The translations under genes and the position numbers were made by a program. From Eledone cirrhosa (lineage: Eukaryota), in contig OZ024743.1 in assembly GCA_964016885.1 (NCBI GenBank), positions 280,550,001 to 280,614,000 of the forward strand: a DNA stretch of 64,000 bases. Direction: 5' to 3'. Under the pieces are notes generated by a model. That model was not told where the DNA came from, did not search any database, and was given only the letters and a program-made list of their open reading frames with translations. Of this stretch, positions 56,701 to 64,000 are shown piece after piece (positions within the stretch are counted from its first letter, which is position 1; each line of letters opens with the position of its first letter).

Positions 56701-59700
56701 AACCATCAGTATGATGACTATGATTCAATGTCTTCACAATTTAACTAACCATCAGTATCATGACTATGATTCAATGTCTTGACAATCTTACTAACCATCA
56801 TTATGATGACTATGGTTCAATGTCTTCACAATCTTACTAACCATCAGTATCATGACTATGATTCAATGTCTTCACAATCTTACTAACCATCAGTATGATG
56901 ACTATTATTCAATGTCTTCACAATCTTACTAACCATGAGTATGATGACTATGATTCAATGTCTTCACAATTTTACTACCCATCAGTATGATGACTATGAT
57001 TCAATGTCTTCACAATCTTACTAACCATCAGTATGATGACTATTATTCAATGTCTTCACAATCTTACTAACCATCAGTACCATGACTATGATTCAATGTC
57101 ATCACAATCTTACCAACCATCAATATGATGACTATGATTCAATGTCTTCACAATCTTACTAACCATCAGTATCATGACTATAATTCAATGTCTTCACAAT
57201 CTTACTAGCCATCAGTATCATGACTATGATTCAATGTCTTCACAATCTTACTAACCATCAGTATGATGACTATGATTCAATGTCTTCACAATCTTACTAA
57301 CCATCAGTATGATGACTATGATTCAATGTCTTCACAATATTACTAACCATCAGTATGATGACTATGATTCAATGTCTTCACAATCTTACTAACCATTAGT
57401 ATGATGACTATGTTTCAATGTCTTCACAATCTTACTAACCATCAGTATCATGACTATGATTCAATGTCTTCACAATCTTACTAACCATCAGTATCATGAC
57501 TATGATTCAATGTCTTCACAATCTTACTAACCATCAGTATGATGACTATGATTGAATGTCTTCACAATCTTACTAACCATCACTATGATGACTATGATTC
57601 AATGTATTCACAATCTTACTAACCATCAGTATGATGACTATGATTGAATGTCTTCACAATCTTACTAATCATCAGTATCATGACTATGATTCAATGTCAT
57701 CACAATCTTACCAACCATCAGTATGATGACTATGATTCAATGTTTTCACAATCTTACTAACCATCAGTACCATGACTATGATTCAATGTCATCACAATCT
57801 TACCAACCATCAGTATGATGACTATGATTCAATGTCTTCACAATCTTACTAACCATCAGTATGATGACTATAATTCAATGTCTTCACAATCTTACTAACC
57901 ATCAGTATGATGACTATGATTCAATGTCTTCACAATCTTACTAACCATCAGTATGATGACTATGATTCAATGTCTTCACAATTTAACTAACCATCAGTAT
58001 CATGACTATGATTCAATGTCTTGACAATCTTACTAACCATCATTATGATGACTATGGTTCAATGTCTTCACAATCTTACTAACCATCAGTATCATGACTA
58101 TGATTCAATGTCTTCACAATCTTACTAACCATCAGTATGATGACTATTATTCAATGTCTTCACAATCTTACTAACCATGAGTATGATGACTATGATTCAA
58201 TATCTTCACAATTTTACTACCCATCAGTATGATGACTATGATTCAATGTCTTCACAATCTTACTAACCATCAGTATTATGACTATGATTCAATGACTTCA
58301 CAATCTTACTAACCATCAGTATGATGACTATGATTCAATGTCTTCACAATGTTACTAACCATCAGTATGATGACTATGATTCAATGTCATCACAATCTTA
58401 CTAACCATCAGTATGGTGACTATGATTCAATGTCATCACAATATTACTAACCATCAGTATGATGACTATGATTCAATGTCTTCACAATCTTACTAACCAT
58501 CAGTATCATGACTAAGATTCAATGTCTTCACAATCTTACTAACCATCAGTATGATGACTATGATTCAATGTCTTCACAATCTTACTAACCATCAGTATGA
58601 TGACTATGATTCAATGTCTTCACAATCTTACTAACCATCAGTATTATGACTATGATTCAATGTCTTCACAATCTTACTAACCATCAGTATGATGACTATG
58701 ATTCAATGTCTTCACAATCTTACTAACCATCAGTATCATGACTATGATTGAATGTCTCACAATCTTACTAACCATCAGTATGATGACTATGATTCAATGT
58801 CTTCACAATCTTACTAACCATCAGTATGATGACTATGATTCAATGTCTTCACAATCTTACTAACCATCAGTATCATGACTATGACTCAATGTCTTCACAA
58901 TCTTACTAACCATCAGTATGATGACTAAGATTCAATGTCTTCACAATCTTACTAACCATCAGTATCATGACTATGATTCAATTACTTCACAATCTTACTA
59001 ACCATCAGTATGATGACTATGATTGAATGTCTTCACAATCTTACTAACCATCAGTATCATGACTATGATTCAATGTCATCACAATCTTACCAACCATCAG
59101 TATGATTACTATGATTCAATGTTTTCACAATATTACTAACCATCAGTATGATGACTATGATTCAATGTCTTCACAATCTTACTAACCATTAGTATGATGA
59201 CTATGTTTCAATGTCTTCACAATCTTACTAACCATCAGTATCATAACTATGATTCAATGTCTTCACAATCTTACTAACCATCAGTATGATGACTATGATT
59301 GAATGTCTTCACAATCTTACTAACCATCACTATGATGACTATGATTCAATGTATTCACAATCTTACTAACCATCAGTATGATGACTATGATTGAATGTCT
59401 TCACAATCTTACTAACCATCAGTATCATGACTATGATTCAATGTCATCACAATCTTACCAACCATCAGTATGATTACTATGATTCAATGTTTTCACAATA
59501 TTACTAACCATCAGTATGATGACTATGATTCAATGTCTTCACAATCTTACTAACCATTAGTATGATGACTATGTTTCAATGTCTTCACAATCTTACTAAC
59601 CATCAGTATCATAACTATGATTCAATGTCTTCACAATCTTACTAACCATCAGTATGATGACTATGATTGAATGTCTTCACAATCTTACTAACCATCACTA

Positions 59701-62700
59701 TGATGACTATGATTCAATGTATTCACAATCTTACTAACCATCAGTATGATGACTATGATTGAATGTCTTCAGTCTTACTAACCATCAGTATAATGACTAT
59801 GATTCAATGTCTTCACAATCTTACTAACCATCAGTATGTTGACTATGATTCAATGTCTTCACAATCTTACTAACCATCAGTATGATGACTATGATTCAAT
59901 GTCTTTACAACCTTACTAACCATCAGTATCATGACTATGATTCAATGTCTTCACAATCTTACTAACCATCAGTATGATGACCATGATTCAATGTCATCAC
60001 AATCTTACTAACTATCAGTATGATGACTATGATTCAATGTCTTCACAATCTTACTAACCATCAGTATGTTGACTATGATTCAATGTCTTCACAATCTTAC
60101 TAACCATCAGTATGATGACTATGATTCAATGTCTTTACAATCTTACTAACCATCAGTATGATGACTATGATTCAATGTCTTCACAATCTTACTAACCATC
60201 AGTATGATGACCATGATTCAATGTCATCACAATCTTACTAACTATCAGTATGATGACTATGATTCAATGTCTTCACAATCTTACTAACCATCAGTATGAT
60301 GACTATGATTAAATGTCTTCACAATCTTACTAACCATCAGTATCATGACTATGATTCAATGGCTTCACAATCTTACTAACCATCAGTATGATGACTATGA
60401 TTCAATGTCTTCACAATCTTACTAACCATCAGTATGATGACTATGATTCAATGTCATCACAATCTTACTAACTATCAGTATGATGACTATGATTCAATGT
60501 CTTGACAATCTTACTAACCATCATTATGATGACTATGGTTCAATGTCTTCACAATCTTACCAACCATCAGTATCATGACTATGGTTCAATGTCTTCACAA
60601 TCTTACTAACCATCAGTATGATGACTATGATTCAATGTCTTCACAATCTTACTAACCATCAGTATGATGACTATGATTCAATGTCTTCACAATCTTACTA
60701 ACCATTAGTATGATGACTATGATTCAATGTCTTCACAATCTTACTAACCATAACTATGATGACTATGATTCAATGTCTTCACAATCTTACTAACCATCAG
60801 TATCATGACTATGATTCAATTACTTCACAATCTTACTAACCATCAGTATGATGACTATGATTGAATGTCTTCACAATCTTACTAACCATCAGTATCATGA
60901 CTATGATTCAATGTCATCACAATCTTACCAATCATCAGTATGATTACTATGATTCAATGTTTTCACAATCTTACTAACCATCAGTACCATGACTATGATT
61001 CAATGTCATCACAATCTTACCAACCATCAATATGATGACTATGATTCAATGTCTTCACAATCTTACTAACCATCAGTATCATGACTATAATTCAATGTCT
61101 TCACAATCTTACTAGCCATCAGTATCATGACTATGATTCAATGTCTTCACAATCTTACTAACCATCAGTATGATGACTATGATTCAATGTCTTCACAATC
61201 TTACTAACCATCAGTATGATGACTATGATTCAATGTCTTCACAATATTACTAACCATCAGTATGATGACTATGATTCAATGTCTTCACAATCTTACTAAC
61301 CATTAGTATGATGACTATGTTTCAATGTCTTCACAATCTTACTAACCATCAGTATCATGACTATGATTCAATGTCTTCACAATCTTACTAACCATCAGTA
61401 TGATGACTATGATTGAATGTCTTCACAATCTTACTAACCATCAGTATGATGACTATGATTGAATGTCTTCACAATCTTACTAACCATCACTATGATGACT
61501 ATGATTCAATGTATTCACAATCTTACTAACCATCAGTATGATGACTATGATTGAATGTCTTCAGTCTTACTAACCATCAGTATAATGACTATGATTCAAT
61601 GTCTTCACAATCTTACTAACCATCAGTATGTTGACTATGATTCAATGTCTTCACAATCTTACTAACCATCAGTATGATGACTATGATTCAATGTCTTTAC
61701 AATCTTACTAACCATCAGTATCATGACTATGATTCAATGTCTTCACAATCTTACTAAACATCAATATGATGACTATGATTCAATGTATTCACAATCTTAC
61801 TAACCATCAGTATGATCACTATGATTCAATGTCTTCACAATCTTACTAACCATCAGTATGATGACCATGATTCAATGTCATCACAATCTTATTAACTATC
61901 AGTATGATGACTATGATTCAATGTCTTCACAATCTTACTAACCATCAGTATGATGACTATGATTAAATGTCTTCAGAATCTTACTAACCATCAGTATCAT
62001 GACTATGATTCAATGGCTTCACAATCTTACTAACCATCAGTATGATGACTATGATTCAATGTCTTCACAATCTTACTAACCATCAGTATGATGACTATGA
62101 TTCAATGTCATCACAATCTTACTAACTATCAGTATGATGACTATGATTCAATGTCTTGACAATCTTACTAACCATCATTATGATGACTATGGTTCAATGT
62201 CTTCACAATCTTACTAACCATCAGTATCATGACTATGGTTCAATGTCTTCACAATCTTACTAACCATCAGTATGATGCCTATGATTCAATGTCTTCACAA
62301 TCTTACTAACCATCAGTATGATGACTATGATTCAATGTCTTCACAATCTTACTAACCATTAGTATGATGACTATGATTCAATGTCTTCACAATCTTACTA
62401 ACCATAACTATGATGACTATGATTCAATGTATTCACAATCTTACGAACCATCAGTATGATGACTATGATTGAATGTCTTCACAATCTTACTAACCATCAG
62501 TATGATGACTATGATTCAATGTCATCACAATCTTACTAACCATCAGTAGCATGACTATGATTCAATGTCTTCACAATCTTACTAACCATCAGTATCATGA
62601 CTATGATTCAATGTCTTCACAATCTTACTAACCATCAGTATGATGAATATGATTGAATGTCTTCACAATCTTACTAACCATCAGTATCATGAATATGATT

Positions 62701-63348
62701 GAATGTCTTCACAATCTTACTAACCATCAGTATCATGACTATGATTCAATGTCTTCACAATCTTACTAACCATCAGTATGATGACTATGATTCAATGTCT
62801 TCACAATCTTACTAACCATCAGTATGATGACTATGATTCAATGTCTTCACAATCTTACTAACCATCATTATGATGACTATGACTCAATGTCTTCACAATC
62901 TTACTAACCATCAGTATGATGACTATGATTCAATGTCTTCACAATCTTACTAACCATCAGTATGATGACTATGATTCAATGTCTTCACAATCTTACTAAC
63001 CATCAGTATGATGACTATGATTCAATGTCTTCACAATCTTACTAACCATCAGTATGATGACTACGATTCAATATCTTAACAATCTTACTAACCATCAGTA
63101 TGATGACTATGATTCAATGTCTTCACAATCTTACTAACCATCAGTATGATGACTATGATTCAATGTCTTCACAATCTTACTAACCATCAGTATGATGACT
63201 ATGATTCAATGTCTTCACAACAATCTTACTAACCATCAGTATGATGACTATGATTCAATGTCTTCACAATCTTACTAACCATCAGTATGATGACTATGAT
63301 TCAATATCTTAACAATCTTACTAACCATCAGTATGATGACTATGATTC
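17729..63348. repeat. Satellite array, 46-bp monomer AATGTCTTCACAATCTTACTAACCATCAGTATGATGACTATGATTC, ~992 head-to-tail copies (45,620 bp)
   Basis: Continuous 46-bp period in a single orientation, with no spacers or insertions. The consensus is 15/46 G+C with no CpG. 992x46 minus the net 12 bp from the nine small indels I could see equals the observed length. Confidence 0.98.
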
Positions 63349-64000
63349 CAACTTACATGAGTTGTTTCGCTGTGTTCAATCGTATTCAACATGTCTTGTT
63401 ATATAACCAGACGTATCACTCAATCTTCTGTTTGGCAAGTCGCTTTCTTGTTTACAAAAATTCCAAACATTCATAATTTCTACGTTTACGTAAACTCTAT
63501 GGCTACGTTTTACATACAAACTTATTCAACATAAGTCAGGGAGCCCCCCCCCCCCCCCCCCCCCGTGATACGAAAATCCACACCTTAGTGTTGATATGCT
63601 TCTAGTATAGCGATTTGTATTCATTAACTTTACCACTTAACGTCTTCGTTCAGGCGATTTTTTACGAAAATGCCAAGATGATATAAGAATAATATTTCAA
63701 ATAAATTCCATTGGTCATCGCAGGTTAAGGTTACGCGTCTTAACGTTTGCGATCTTGATATGAAAGTTTACAAGAAAAATGATAACTCACAATTTATATA
63801 TGATGCTAGTATTTTTGGATTTTCTGCTTATGTCACTTTAGATATGTATATGTAGACCTGTCAACTCTCCCCATCCGACGGAGAGATCGCCCTCCCACTT
63901 TGGGGTGGGTGAGAGGTGTCTTCTCTTGTGAAAATGGATGTACCTTTCATTATGTAAAATCTCCCCATATGCCTCATTTCTCCCCGTTTTGGGGCACTTT

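Noticed and set aside
17729-63348. CRISPR-like array
   Set aside because: Monomers are directly head-to-tail with no unique spacers, there are no cas genes, and the context is eukaryotic.
17729-63348. Repetitive protein-coding sequence
   Set aside because: The period of 46 is not a multiple of 3 and the monomer contains stops on both strands; the ORF track shows no ORF here.
63853-64000. Possible DNA-transposon end (AGACCTGTCAACTCTCCCC...)
   Set aside because: The partner terminus would lie outside the window, so no TIR pair or TSD can be shown.

Overview
Eukaryotic, repeat-dominated window with no recognisable host gene. The very dense (AT)n/(AC)n microsatellites and the SINE family resemble cephalopod/mollusc DNA (inference only). 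1-9.3 kb: two divergently oriented non-LTR retrotransposons, namely an uninterrupted R4/Dong-type element (RT + CCHC + restriction-like endonuclease, minus strand, in TAA/TTA repeats) and an RTE-clade element (APE + RT + three C2H2-type fingers, one +1 frameshift in an A7 run), followed by a ~460-bp element that looks like an internally deleted RTE relative. 9.3-17.7 kb: microsatellite-rich DNA with two long spacerless palindromes and five copies or fragments of a tRNA-derived SINE. 17,729-63,348: a complete 45.6-kb tandem array of a 46-bp monomer (992 units by my count) with nested kb-scale duplications, sharp in-phase ends and a short flanking inverted repeat. The monomer also resembles the 3' terminus of the Dong element. 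63.35-64 kb: unique flank.
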